A stretch of DNA of 58,193 nucleotides, filler included, from Basidiobolus ranarum (GCA_040143965.1; 4 parts of 4 records of this genome joined end to end with filler, not necessarily neighbours in it), one strand, 5' to 3'. Shown: positions 14,418 to 27,032, numbered from the whole stretch's first letter. The notes: generated from the letters alone by a model not told the origin. A program made the numbers and translations.

Positions 14418-14509
14418 ATCTTGACCAAACTATAAATGTCAACTGAATACTCAATAAATTACTAAGTAAAAACCACTAATTTCTCTACTTCTCCAAAGCC
14501 ACTTCCAAA
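14418..14509 (+). mobile_element. Fragment of the ~330-bp MITE-like repeat, truncated by an assembly gap
   Basis: aaactataaatgtcaact...tcaataaat...aaaaccac..atttctcta..tctccaaa..cacttccaa matches 26645-26730 and 27835-27920. Confidence 0.7.
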
Positions 14510-14609
14510 NNNNNNNNNNNNNNNNNNNNNNNNNNNNNNNNNNNNNNNNNNNNTTAATTAATTAANNNNNNNNNNNNNNNNNNNNNNNNNNNNNNNNNNN
14601 NNNNNNNNN
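14510..14609. other. Assembly gap with TTAATTAATTAA linker
   Basis: 100-nt N block containing an all-frame stop linker. Confidence 0.97.
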
Positions 14610-14939
14610 AGTCATCTAATATCTTGGGACTGACTAATTCACTTTGCTATCAAAAAGTATAAATAAAGCTAACTGAACCTTTTGGTTTAGTGTGTGTCTC
14701 AACAAATATAGGATCACAATACTTCTCAGTGTTTCTCAACAAATTCAATATTCTCTCTCATTTCTATCCAAGCCTAGTATCTACTAGCACCTACATAACA
14801 CCAAGCCTAGCTGCCTAGCTAACCTACTCTGTACCATAACATAGCAACCCACTGCTATTCCCAAGACATATATTAGTTAGATCTGCTCTGCTGATATATT
14901 CTACTTAAACAGTTCTCAGATTCTGCACTTAACTGTTTC

Positions 14940-15420
14940 TTTGGTTCTGTAAAGTTCAAGACTTTTTATCCACTTTTCTCTTGGACACAACAGTTCCCTT
15001 CAGAAAATAAGGATGTGGTCTAATGTTTTATTAACCTTAGCAGACCAAAGTTTTCTGCAACCATATCTAGACTATTTGTGGCAAATCTGTACAGATATTT
15101 CACTCTGAATCCCAAAACAGATGTAACAAATACTTTTTTACACAGAGCTCTCCTCTGTGCTATGAATTATTTTGTTGACCTATGTTGATTAGACTGTAGT
15201 TGTTGCATTTTGCATCAAGTCCCATTGTAGCACATACTTATTTCTTCCTTCAATATGTCTCATATAAAAGATCAGATCCTGTCCTATATAATTTGAATTT
15301 GGATCACCCAGTTTTGTCCTAAAAGTAGTATCTCATTGTTACATCCCCCTAAATCTCAGGTTCTACATAGCCATCTTACGCTGATGACCTTTCTCAGAAA
15401 TATTCTGATCTCCTTTATCA
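14940..15420 (-). mobile_element. Possible highly degenerate non-LTR retrotransposon C-terminal relic
   Basis: Minus-strand reading C-RKLWSAKVNKTLDHILIF*RELL..REKW resembles the CxxC...ETxxHxLxxC zinc knuckle of LINE ORF2. Many stops; lies next to a gap. Confidence 0.2.
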
Positions 15421-15971
15421 GTTTGAGATGTTTTAATAGACTATAATGGTTGACACACAGCAGTAACTTTGTTTTACTTCTCTCTGAACCACGTATCAAG
15501 TTCTACTTGGATTTGTTTGATGACTGTAGTTTCCATCTTATACGAATCTAATATATGGAACGGCAATAGGTCCTCCTCAACCCTCCGAATATCGATGTAT
15601 CTACACTCCCTTCTGAGCCTAAGTGCTTCTATATAACGGGAAACACACAGTCATCATCTCAATGTCCAGGATGCAAATCATCTCTCAAGATGGACAATGC
15701 TGTATGCATGAAGGTATTGGTAATTACTCTCAAGGCTCAGCCAACAACAGGAATGTATCAGTGTATTGTGTATGCTACATGTGCAGATGCGACAGCACAT
15801 GCTTCCAACATATGGGAGCCAAAGCCGCATGGATGAAATAAGAATCAAATGGTAATTATGTCTCAACTTGACACGATTGGGACAAGGAGTGTCAGAATAA
15901 CCCAAGCCTCATTCTTCATTAAGAAATATTATGGTATAGCATATGATTAGTGAATAAGTGCCGTACTCCAG

Positions 15972-15979
15972 TATAAATA
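15972..15979 (+). promoter_or_regulatory. TATA box of the small secreted protein gene
   Basis: TATAAATA about 55 nt upstream of the ATG at 16028. Confidence 0.5.
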
Positions 15980-16027
15980 CGGCCAAAATTGAATAACTAC
16001 ATCACATCTGTTCGCAACTCCTTCAAC

Positions 16028-16369
16028 ATGAGACTTTCCGTTTTACTTCTATTGGTACTGGTAGTGATTTCCTTCGTAGCAGCCTCTCCGGCAAAAAAGA
16101 CCAAAGGAAAGAATCCAGGTAAAAAGAATCCCGGTGGAAAAAAACCTGATAATGCCCCGAAAGTCGAGAAATGTTCAGAAGGTAGGTTGGCGACCATGGC
16201 AGATGTCAAAGAGAAATTGGTTGGAGAATGTGGCGCGAATTTAAAGAGCAAGAAGATTCTTCGAAACAAGAGTGCTCACAATTGCAAAGGTAAACTTTAC
16301 CAGTGCAACAACAGGTGCGGCAAACCAGGCGATTTCCCAAATGTAGAAACAGGCGTCTGTATCATTTAG
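16028..16369 (+). CDS. Small secreted, Lys-rich, 6-Cys protein
   Basis: Signal peptide MRLSVLLLLVLVVISFVAA, GK(K)NPG-like repeats and six Cys. Intronless, with an upstream TATA and a downstream AATAAA. Confidence 0.8.
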   Translation: MRLSVLLLLVLVVISFVAASPAKKTKGKNPGKKNPGGKKPDNAPKVEKCSEGRLATMADVKEKLVGECGANLKSKKILRNKSAHNCKGKLYQCNNRCGKPGDFPNVETGVCII

Positions 16370-17049
16370 TTACTCCTACAAGATATACTAGCCTTTCTAC
16401 TATTGGACTCAACGGAATCATTTTTTTTTTGCTGAGATTGGTTGCGTGGCGTATATTTCAGAATAAAATGGTTTTGTTACAAGACTCATCGAATCCTTCT
16501 TCTAGATAGATTGTACTTATGTCTTGTAAATATTCAATGAGTGTGTTACTATCATTCCACAAAGAACTATTTTAGATTGAATCCAGACTGGCAGTCATAA
16601 ACGGTTTAGAATGGAATACAAATTTACAGGAAATTATTGGGACTGGTACAGGTAAGTTACAAATCATAGGAGTAACAGTCATCTGTCTTCTCCCATCCTC
16701 CCAGTGACATACTGGGAATATAGTGGTTGAATTGTTGCAGGTAGTTGTTAGCAAGTAAGCTCATTATGGCTCATACTCAAACTGCTACCCAATGTTTGGA
16801 GCATTTTCCACAAGCTAGTCACAGCCAGCATCGACGGTGTATATAGAATTATAGATAATGATCGCCATTTCCAAGAGTATCGCTTTGGCCAATAAAACCA
16901 TGACAACAAGTAGCATTGGTATTTTGCTACAATTTCGAAATAGTCAGATTGCTGGGTTTATGAGTGATGAAACATTCGGATCTTAGAGACTGTGGGAGCT
17001 GGGCACCATAGAAAGCATGACGAATGAAGCATCTATATGATATACAATG

Positions 17050-17600
17050 AGATCCCCAATAAACTAAGCATTTCAATCAAAGATTGAAAATCTTAATTGC
17101 ATACTGGGCGGTCATGAATGCCGGGCATTTAAAATAAAACTCATTAGCGATACGAAAAAGGCATACTGCAAGATTTGTAGCCAGTTGTAGCTCAATACAG
17201 AAATATTTAGGGTAAAAATGGAAAATATGCAACTGCACCACAAGCGTTAAACTCTTACAAGTAGCCATGTTCACCTAGGAATGACATAGCATGCACAAGT
17301 GCAGGTATAGGCCAAGGTTTAGTAAAGTAAATATTCTAACGTAACTTTGCTTCCTTGGCAACGTTTCTTTATAGGTGTATCGAAGCGGTGCCAGTATCTT
17401 GCTGACTGTGAGCACTGGATTAATTTGATATTGGTTGTATTGCTCCCTCAGATATGTATCCAAAAGAAACACAATTAGTCTACTATTCAGGAACAGAGCA
17501 AGTTCCCAAAGCAATTTACATTGGATCCTGAATGGAAAGCCTAAAATAGTATGCAAGCTGTGGATAAACCTTGATATACGCATAAGACATGGTTAAGTAG
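17050..17600 (-). pseudogene. Possible degenerate pepsin-like aspartic protease relic
   Basis: DTGTASIHL* begins at 17398 on the minus strand and is followed by LTL..F.F.P..F, C and FIL(N)A-PAFM..QY..IFN-like segments spread over shifted frames. Confidence 0.25.
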
Positions 17601-19175
17601 TCGTATTAGTAATAATCTGATGGCCTCACTCCAGAGACATCCACATATGTTTAAATGACATTACCCGCTTGTTTGAAATATAATACCCGAAAATCCATAC
17701 TCAATCTAATCAGTACCCCTTAAATGGTGCACCAACTATGCTTGATTTATTGTATGGGCACTATAGCTAGTACTGCGTCAATATGCTTACTTTCGGTATA
17801 GACCACTTCTATAGCAGTAATATGTGAGAGATGCGCTATATTGCTCTGTTCTGCACCAGTTTGCCTGCGAGCATAGCAATCACTGCAATCATCCATCATA
17901 TATCTTGTTCAAGGAGAGGCTTGATTATTTGCGAAGAGCTAGAAATCACTAAGCACACAGTTTCTAAATTCTAGGAGCCCCGTAGTCTGGATAGACAGGC
18001 CCATATACTACTACAAAATAAAGGCATATATACGCATGGACTTGAAACCCCTCCTACTATACGAGCATTGGTCTGATGACTTTTCCAAATGGGGTCATTA
18101 AAAGAGAATGAAGTAATATAGCCTCACCAGACATCTCCAATACCAACTTAGTGGAATTGCAGTAAGTTCACTAATGTCAGATCACACGTATTTTGTGTTA
18201 CGAGGATCAGCTACTTACATTCTACGGCTGAGCCCTGTGTTGGGTAGTGTCCTCCTCAGTCATATAACACACTTGGATTAACTCTGTCTTCGATTTGCCC
18301 CTTGAAATCCATGTTTCAAGATACACATCAAAGGATAAACTAGTGTGAGTTGTAGATCTAAATGTGATTTCATTTAACTAGATGTGGGTCACGTTTCCTT
18401 TCCTTCGCCTGAACTATAGTGGTACGAATAAAGTCATACCTGGCTAAATATCGTACGAACTCGGGACAGGGCAACTGGGTAGAAGTGCTGATGGCTACCC
18501 AGGGATTTTTATACCTAGTACTGATAATGAAAATCACACAGCTGACAAGCATGCGACGAAGGCCCAACCATTGGCTCGTAGATCTGCAAAAGAAAAATCT
18601 CTATTAGGAAAATGTTTTATTAATGCCGAACACAAGACAAATTGCAACTATATTTTTAGAACGTCTCGCACAGTGTGACAAGCAACCAGGTATGTGCAAT
18701 GCACATAGAGTCCTTAAAAATGAACTCGGTCGACTCTCTGTTGCCTATTGCATCTAGGTTCTGAAAATTCAATTAATTTTCGTGATACTTGTGAAAAAAT
18801 TGAAGTTCAGCAATGATGTACATAAGGAGTACAGAAGTTTTCAAACTGGTCTTATTATACGCGTGCCTTACACTCTTGCGATTTTGCCTACTTCTTCAAC
18901 CCTTACCCCCTTTTTCCATCCCCTTCTTTTTCCTTTATTTACCATACTTCTCGAAATCAAGTCACTCTTTATTTTTCTATCCATTTCCTTTCGAGGAGAT
19001 TTATTTATTCTTTAGCTGCTGATTCTGTATTTGGCATTTGACGGAGCCTAGCATCCTTTCCTCCAGTTGCCATTGCTATTTATCAACATTACTCCGTGCT
19101 CGAATTGTTTGAAATTTTAACTCTAGTCACTCCAAGATTTACATAGACACTGTCGTTTCTAAAGCATAGTTCAAA

Positions 19176-19703
19176 ATGTCTCCTAACGTACATATGATCA
19201 ACAAAGCCAACAGCACACCTGGTGAATCTGATAAGGACTTTAGCAATAAGGTTAAAGTCCCCTCGGCATTGGGTCGCAGTCTAACAAAAACCTCCGTACA
19301 TACTGGTACGCCAGATGAAGATTTGACCTCGTTGTTGCGTAAAACAATGCGCATGAGTACGCTACTAGACAAAACCAACAAGCCCGAAAGAGTTTTCAGC
19401 TATCATGAATACAATGACAAGGTTAGAAGGGAAAATCTATACAAGCAAGCGGTTGGCAGTGAAAATTTCCTCACTTTGGACAACTCTAATCGCACTAGCA
19501 AACTTATTTCGGACTTCACTTTGGCTAAAATTAATGAGAAACCGGTTCCCCCTCAGACTGATGTTGACCTGGAGTTGGGGAACGTAGATGTCGAAGTAAG
19601 AACTTCCAAATGGTACAAATCCCGGCGTTTTTTCTACGCCCTCCTAGTAATACTGGCGCTTTGTATTATGATTGTTCCAGTGGTTCTCTTGGCTGTAAGT
19701 TAA
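19176..19703 (+). CDS. Hypothetical protein with C-terminal TM helix (3' exon structure uncertain)
   Basis: 175-aa ORF with an AAAATGTC start context, a basic KWYKSRR stretch before a hydrophobic helix, and a GTAAGT donor at 19695. Confidence 0.65.
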   Translation: MSPNVHMINKANSTPGESDKDFSNKVKVPSALGRSLTKTSVHTGTPDEDLTSLLRKTMRMSTLLDKTNKPERVFSYHEYNDKVRRENLYKQAVGSENFLTLDNSNRTSKLISDFTLAKINEKPVPPQTDVDLELGNVDVEVRTSKWYKSRRFFYALLVILALCIMIVPVVLLAVS

Positions 19704-20799
19704 TATCTTCTTGTTCTGTTGAATGTCATATCGATTTTGACATGGTTGTTTTTAAAGTGAATACCAATAATACTGGGGTATGCTCAGTTTCTTTGTTCCA
19801 TAACCTATATAAGAGGTAGTCTTTCCGCATATTATTTGTAATTTCTAAGCGAGGTAGTGTTGTTATTTTTTGATGCAGACACGAGGTTTCGTTCAAGGGA
19901 GGATGCTAACCAAGTGTCAAGAACGATCCCCTTGAACTGATTCCTATTCGTGAGGTACACACAGAAATAGTGAAGAGAAAAGGAGACAAGGAGAACGAAA
20001 AAGTTTTGTTTTTACCTTTTTTTTTATATATCCCCAAGGTTCTTTTACATAGTGATGTCTCTTACCGTTTCTTTGGATTGTGCTAGTAGAGGCAACCCAA
20101 TCATCATTTGTTTTTCATTTTTTCATATAATTCTTTATTTATTATGAGTAGTGTATAACTTAATGAGTATATCTATGTTCTTATATAAACTTATCAAATA
20201 ATGAAGATGTGACCAATTAAATTAGCCAACTGCTGTTGTGATATATTGCGTTGATTTTGCCACCATCTATTCTAGATTCCGCCACAACAGATATTACCAT
20301 ACTAAATAAGCGAATATTACTAGTCAGTAAGAATAAACCATCATTTCGAGGTCCGTCATCCAGTTGATTTGTGTGTTTATACTAATAAATGGATCTCATC
20401 GATTATTCCGTGTTACTTATACCAACCTTTTACTACTAAAAATTACCACTCCAAATATGAGAATTCGGAAATGTTTCATAGATAACCACTGTTAATTTTC
20501 AAACCAAAGACCAAACTTCACTGATGGATTTAACTATCATTTACAGATAAGCTCACAACCAAGGCGAGGAATAATGTGTGGAATTTAGTCTCAATGGGCT
20601 ATTTTAATTGAAGGTAGAAGAAAGTTACGAAAAAAGTGAATGATTAACGACTGAAAACTCTCCCTCCTGCAATAAAAAACAGTAGGAATGCTCTACTATA
20701 GTATCCAATTCAAAAAATCAACAAACGTCGTTTTGGTGAAAGGATGGTTCAAACACTTTTAAACTTCTCATAGAAAATAGGAAAATAAAGCATCTTTTC

Positions 20800-22988
20800 A
20801 TGGATTTTTCGTTTGTACTTTCGGAAATATGTGGGAGTCCAGCAGCTTTTGTACAAGCTAATTTAGTACCACGATTTTAACGTTTTTCATTTCAGATTGA
20901 TCAATTGGTTGAATCAAATGAGTTCGAAGAAGCTTTGAGTTTGTTGGATCAAATCGAAAAGATTCTGCCTGAAGAGAAGGCATGCCATTGACATTTATAC
21001 TTTGTGTTTTCGACTTTTCTAACTCTTCAGATTTCTCTTAGACCGCTCAACTCATACGTATTCGTAACTTGTATGCTCATTTCTTATTCCGCAACGGAGG
21101 GTATGAGCAAGCGTTGAATATATTCCAAGAACTAGATGCTGATCCAGTGGAAGTTATTTCGTTGTATCCTTCCATCATCGCTGGAAATTTGAGTAAAGCG
21201 GAGGATCAGGATGGAGGCTCAAAGCTTGGTATGCTCTATTTGTAGGTTATTGTTGGCATTTGATTCTCGTTTCTGATCGTATTTATTATCTTAACCCTAA
21301 ATAGAAGGTGGAAACTTGAAAGATGCCATTGAAGCATTAGTTGGTTTCTTAACTGACTGGAGACGTAAAGTATCGAAAACCCTAAATACTAATGGCGACA
21401 CGCAGTCTATCAAACGAGTTGGATCCTCTACTACTCTGTCTTCTCTATCAACCAATGTGGACAGCGTTATCGCAAAGTCTTCCATCGGGCTTCCCTTATT
21501 GGCTCAGTTGATCGATACTACTCTTCTTAAGGCTTACTTGAATAGCAACGATGCCCTAGTGGGACCTTTATTGCGAGTTAGCAATCATTGTAATGTTGCA
21601 GAGAGTGAAACCTTATTGCTTCAGCACAAAGTAAGGAGCATTTCTTTGAATATATTAATTAACATCTATTGAAATTTCTTCGACTTCCAGAAATACAGAG
21701 AGCTGGTCGATCTTTACAGAGGAAAAGGATTACATCGAAAGTCACTTCAACTCCTTGCAAAGTAGCACTCCTTGACACACTCTGATTCTTTTCCACTAAG
21801 CTAATACTTATTTCACTTAGATTAGGCCGTTCTTCTGGAAGTCCACTTTCCGGTTGTTCATCTACTGTGATGTACCTTCAAAAGCTTGGTGTGGATGACT
21901 TTGACTTGGTTTTAGAGTTTTCTCCCTGGGTTTTGCAAACAGATCCAGAGCAGGGTCTTAGTGTATGTTTTCGCATTTAGATTCAAACGATTGATGTGTT
22001 AACATATATTCATATATTACCAGATCTTTACAGAGGATATGTCAGAGGTCGTTGCACAACCAAGAGCAAGAGTGATCGAACACCTTCATCATTATGCTCC
22101 TGAGATGTGCATCCCTTACCTAGAACATATCATTCATGAACTTGACGATAAAAATTCGGAGTTCCATAATTCCCTTATCATACTTTATTTAAACAAGATA
22201 ATGGAGGATGAACATGATCACATTATCGGGTCAGTCACAGAAGGTAAGAAAATGAATTCTTGCAATGGAAAACGCAGATAGTTACTCAAAAGGCCCATTC
22301 GTTTTGTTAAATTTTAGATGATAACTCCACTCGTCAAAAACTGATCAAGTTCCTAAACGAGTCCACCTCCTACAAGGCAGAGAAGATTCTGGGACAATTG
22401 ACTACGGATGGCTTATATGAGGAGAGAGCAATATTGTTGAGTCGAATGGGACTGCATGAGCAGGCATTAAATATATACGTTCATAAACTTGGAAACTATG
22501 CCCGAGCCGAGAGCTATTGCAAAGAACACTGGACACCCGAGCTTTTCGTGACTCTATTGAGAATCTATTTGAAGCCATCTAATCCGGAAGATACACCACT
22601 GATTGAGCCAGCAATCTCGCTCTTGGCCACCTATGGGTCATCCATTGACGTGTCCGAAGTACTCAGCATGCTACCCGAAGAAACTAAATTGGAAAATCTG
22701 AACAAGTACTTTGAGAAATATTTGAGAGAACTTCATAAAAACTCCAGAATGAATCATGTCGTCAGCAACCTGCTGAGGGCGGAAGGTGTGCAGGTTCAAG
22801 AGAAACTCGTTTATTATCGGTCCAGATATGTAAACATAACCGAGGATCGAATGTGCCCCCATTGCTTGAAGCGTATAGGTAATAGTGTGTTTGCGGTATT
22901 CCCCAACGGAGTAGTTGTTCATTATTCATGTAAAGAAAAAATGAGTAAGGGACCTTTGAAAAATGGGAAACGTTATGGAAACATGTGA
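20800..22988 (+). CDS. VPS39: Vps39/Vam6 (HOPS subunit) homolog, apparently lacking the N-terminal CNH domain
   Basis: Motifs IDQLV..NEFEEALSL, DPVEVISLYP, LIDTTLLKAYL, GPLLRVSNHC, KGLHRKSLQLL, LYEERAILLSRMGLHEQAL and C-terminal CPHCLKRIGNSVFAVFPNGVVVHYSC. The first clear exon starts at 20896; the start at 20800 is tentative. Confidence 0.85.
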
Positions 22989-23868
22989 AGTAATTATTAA
23001 ATATACACCTATACATACAAACTCACATACCCATTTTAATACTGTGATAGGTTCACTCATTTCTTTTAGTTAGTGTCTTTTGTTTCTCTCTTTAGTGATA
23101 TCCCTCTCTGCATTGTATCTTGAATTTATTCTTTCTCCGTCTCTCCCCGAAATTTATCCTTGTCTTACTCATACATTTTTATTGCGAACTATACCACAAT
23201 ATCCAGCATCGAGTGCCATCTATTTGTTTAATAAATGCATTCGTCATTGATGTCAGTAAAGTACCCAACTTTTATGCTTAATACCATACCAGTGAGTAAC
23301 TTGGGCGGATTAATGAATTTTAATCCCCGTAGCCATGGCTAACATCGCGTTGAAGATTCTCCTAACCCTAATCCAATCATGAGTAAGTTGTGATTTTACC
23401 ATTTTAAGTAAATGTCTCCACCCTAACCCTAAAGCCTAGAAGTTCTCTTATATGATTAGTAATGCACTTGAATGTAAATTTGAATTCCCTCCTATTGTTT
23501 GTGTTCTTGTACAACTCGACAAATGCTACTAATTTAAGGGAGTAGGATAAGGGAGTAGGACTGAAACCCATCTGATTGATTCATTCTAATTTGTCTTGGA
23601 CTGTGTGGAGATGTCCGACTCAAGTGGATATTACCCTCAAATGACTCAACTGGTATACGTTTTAGTTTCAGCAGTGGTCATCAGAGGAGTAGGAACAATG
23701 GTTATTTTCATTTCTTAAAACGGAGGATGGACCACGAAATCGACCTTTATTAAACCTAAGTTGCTACGGAATATTCAAGAAAAAGAAAGTAATATACAAA
23801 TTGAAGGGTATTCTAAAATGAGACCAGGGTAAAACCAATGATATCCAGAGTAGTGGGGGAATTAAGGA

Positions 23869-24863
23869 TTACTCTGCTCTAGAATCATCCCGAGAAACTA
23901 CCCTAACGGTGAACTCGGTATCTTTCTTGGGTGGTTCGAGGAGGGAGTATTCTGGGTTGGTAGATTGGTTACCTTCGGTAGATGTGGTGCCAGTGTTGTT
24001 GGTACGTTTAGTGTCAGATTTTTCATTGGTCACACCATCTCGCTTCAATTTGTGGGTATGCTTTAGTTGTTCAACAATTAATTTTGATGCAACCGCCCCT
24101 AAAAGTCATTCGGTTAGAGATGTTATCAAGAGGTAAATGATTCAGTGGAGGAAATCAAATTAATAAACTTACAGCTGATGTTGAATAGAATAGGGGAATT
24201 ATCTCCAAGCACTTTCAAACTGGCTAGAACAATCATGGTGATACTGACAATGGCAGTGGCAAGTGAATAGATGGTACCATCCTTGAGTAGAGCAGCGTAT
24301 AAACGAGTCTTGACAAATTTCCATTGTCGATACATGGAACTCAAAAATATCACCGAAAAGTAGGCGTTTAGAATCAATTCAAAGATAACCACTAGCATTC
24401 CAGTCAACATATTGATTTTTCCTTCACAAGCGCGAAGTGGGGTCACCATGCTAGAAGTAAAGAAAATATTCACTGCCCCTACAGATATCCTGGCAACTTG
24501 TAATACCGCACCAATGCTAAATATCAGCTTGGACCGGTCAGAGCCATAGTAAGCTTTCAACAGTAAAATGCTTTCAATACAGGTAGTCGAGCAAAGATTG
24601 AGGGTTGCCGCGAGATAAACGCGAGGACCACATAGAAGATCAAAGTAAAAGAAGAATATCACGGCAATAACGTTGGTAACCGCGCCGAATAATGATTGAA
24701 TGAAACAAAGATAGTAAATCAACTTTGGATTTTTTGGAAGCAATCGAGTTGAGTGAAAGAGATTATTGACGAAGATGACCGTGCACATCGCCGTGAGAGA
24801 CATGGTGATGTTGGATTCAAACAACAGATGTAGTGGTGCTGTGATGGACTCTGGAGCTCCCAT
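23869..24863 (-). CDS. Orphan seven-transmembrane (GPCR-like) protein, 2 exons
   Basis: Seven hydrophobic segments, Cys before TM3 and in the TM4-TM5 loop, and LLKDGTIY before TM6. An intron at about 24099-24172 precedes a polar C-tail ending ...DDSRAE*. Confidence 0.75.
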
Positions 24864-26061
24864 ATTGTCATACAGTATTAAAATAGAAGAGTAGGCCTAC
24901 CAAGAAGAGCGGACCCATTGGTGATTTTTATATTAGATCAATCTGAGGGGCACCTTACTCTAACCCCAAGTTTACCTAACAGGCATTGCATACAATGCTA
25001 AAGCTTTACTTCGAACCCCTGGAAATAGACATTGTATATCCCTTACCCAAACTCGCTGAGTCACCTAGTTAGGAAATGCTCATCAGGAGAGACACATGTC
25101 TGGTATGTGTGAGCCCCTATATGTTATTCTGACCTAAGAGAGAAATAACTCTAGTCATATAAACTCGTCTTGAACCAGTTGTGCGGACGATCGAGGCATC
25201 TTGAAATCGCAGCCTGCATCTAGAAATTTTAACGATATACTTCAACTCAATCTGCTTGCATAGCAAACATAGCCACTGCATCTCACATACTGTAGTGATT
25301 GTTTCCTAACTATTATAGGCATATAGAGTTAGACACTGCTAATAGACAGACATGATGATCTCCACAAGAACTCTTTCGCACCTCACCTAGCGTTCCATAC
25401 CTTTGTATAACAATCAGGTAATCAGCGGTAATCAGCAGTAATCACTCTGTAGGTACAAGAATCCCTGCCTTGATAGATCGATTGTGTGCTCAACTAGTCG
25501 ATTAAAGGATGCATGCAATCCCGTTTTAGACTCAATTTCCGATGCTTTCTAATTAAGGAAGTGTAATATCTAATTTCGGGACCCATTCCAGATTAGAAGG
25601 CAATATATGCTGAATATAACCTAGCCCTAGTCCTAATATCCACTCGCATATCCTTATTACATACCCAAACGTTACTTACCATCTCCACAGGGTACAAGGA
25701 AATCTTGACAAGCCAAGGAGGTGTAGGAGTCAACGCTTTGGATATACGTTTGGGTGATGGGGCGCACGGGGATTCCACTTTGTTCTAACGCTTAAACTCT
25801 GGGGCTGAGGAATAGGCTGTCAAAATGTCAGTGATTGCCACCAGTAGTGACCGAATATGCAGTGGTAAGCTGAGAAGGTACCAAGATTAGATACTTTTGG
25901 GCGAAATCAATGAGCTTGTGTATGATATGTAGAATATTCACATCTATAATGGTGGCTTGGCGTTGAGAGTCTTTGTACAGACATTCTGAACTTCATCTAA
26001 ATCTCACCCTTAACTTGGATCACTTAGGGTTATGATCACATGCATCCAAATATTAATATCA

Positions 26062-26175
26062 TGACCGGTAGTCAGAAAGATCATTTATACCATTGTATGT
26101 GACCGGTAATTAGCAAGATCATTTATATCAATGTATGTGACCGGTAGTCAGTAAGAGCATTTATACCAGGGTATG
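26062..26175 (+). repeat. 38-bp tandem repeat x3
   Basis: Unit tgaccggtagtcagaaagatcatttataccattgtatg with few mismatches and no spacers. Confidence 0.9.
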
Positions 26176-26409
26176 ATATGGCATAAAACTGTGATCATGA
26201 ATTGGGTGTTCCGGTGCTATCTAACCCACATGAACTGACATTTTCGAACATATTGTGAATAAGCACTCAATAGATTGTGTCATAGTGTTAATTTTAGGTT
26301 ACTATGTTGTAATCTTCAACTAGACATTGTCAAAAGTGTAGAAGTGTCTTGGTGGTGTATTGGAAGTGGTTGGGAGATCTAGAAAGAATGGATGGTTTTC
26401 ACTTGTTGA

Positions 26410-27032
26410 TGTTGAAATTAGCATTGCCTAAACACCTATATAGTCATATATAGCTTAGTACTTAGTTATCTTATATTGCACTAAGATATTACCCATCATT
26501 CTCATAAGGAACTTAGAATATTGACATCAACTTAGATATTCTCAGAAATATACATTTTTCAAACTTGTGCTAGAAGCCCCAAACTTAGCACACATGTTTT
26601 TAGGACTTTTCTAAACACATTTTACAAGCTAGTTTGCTTACATCTGGACAAAACTATAAATGTCAACTTTCAACTCAATAAATCAATATGTGAAAACCAC
26701 CAACTTCTCTAATTCACCAAACTACTTCCAACAGGCTCCCAAATACTTTAACAGTTGATTGGTTGAGTAGAAAGTTAACAATTATAGTTTTGTCATGAGG
26801 TAGACAAATTCAGGTGCGGAATGTGTTAAGGAAGGTCTCCAAAACATGTGTGCAAAGTTCAAGGCTTCCAGGTTTAGTTTGAAAAATCTATATATCTGAG
26901 AACTTTAAAGTTGGTTAGAACAATCTAAGGAAATCCCAATTGAGATTAGTGAGTGACAGCAAAATATAGAATAACTAAGTACCAAGCTATATATGATTAC
27001 ATAGATCTTGAGGTTATGCTAGCTTCAACAGG
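26410..27032. mobile_element. Composite fold-back MITE-like element, copy A
   Basis: The left arm tgttgaaattagcattgcc... is an imperfect reverse complement of the right arm ...atgctagcttcaacagg. An internal ttccaacagg ends at 26735. Homologous to 27593-28204. Confidence 0.75.

Noticed and set aside
14510-14609. TTAATTAATTAA palindrome inside N runs (also at 29090-29189 and 43647-43746)
   Set aside because: Identical artificial all-frame-stop linker in fixed 100-nt gaps; not biological.
23361-23436. Telomere-like CCCTAA units
   Set aside because: Only 1-2 units per site; not an array.
26062-26175. CRISPR-like array
   Set aside because: Contiguous repeats with no unique spacers, eukaryotic context and no cas genes.
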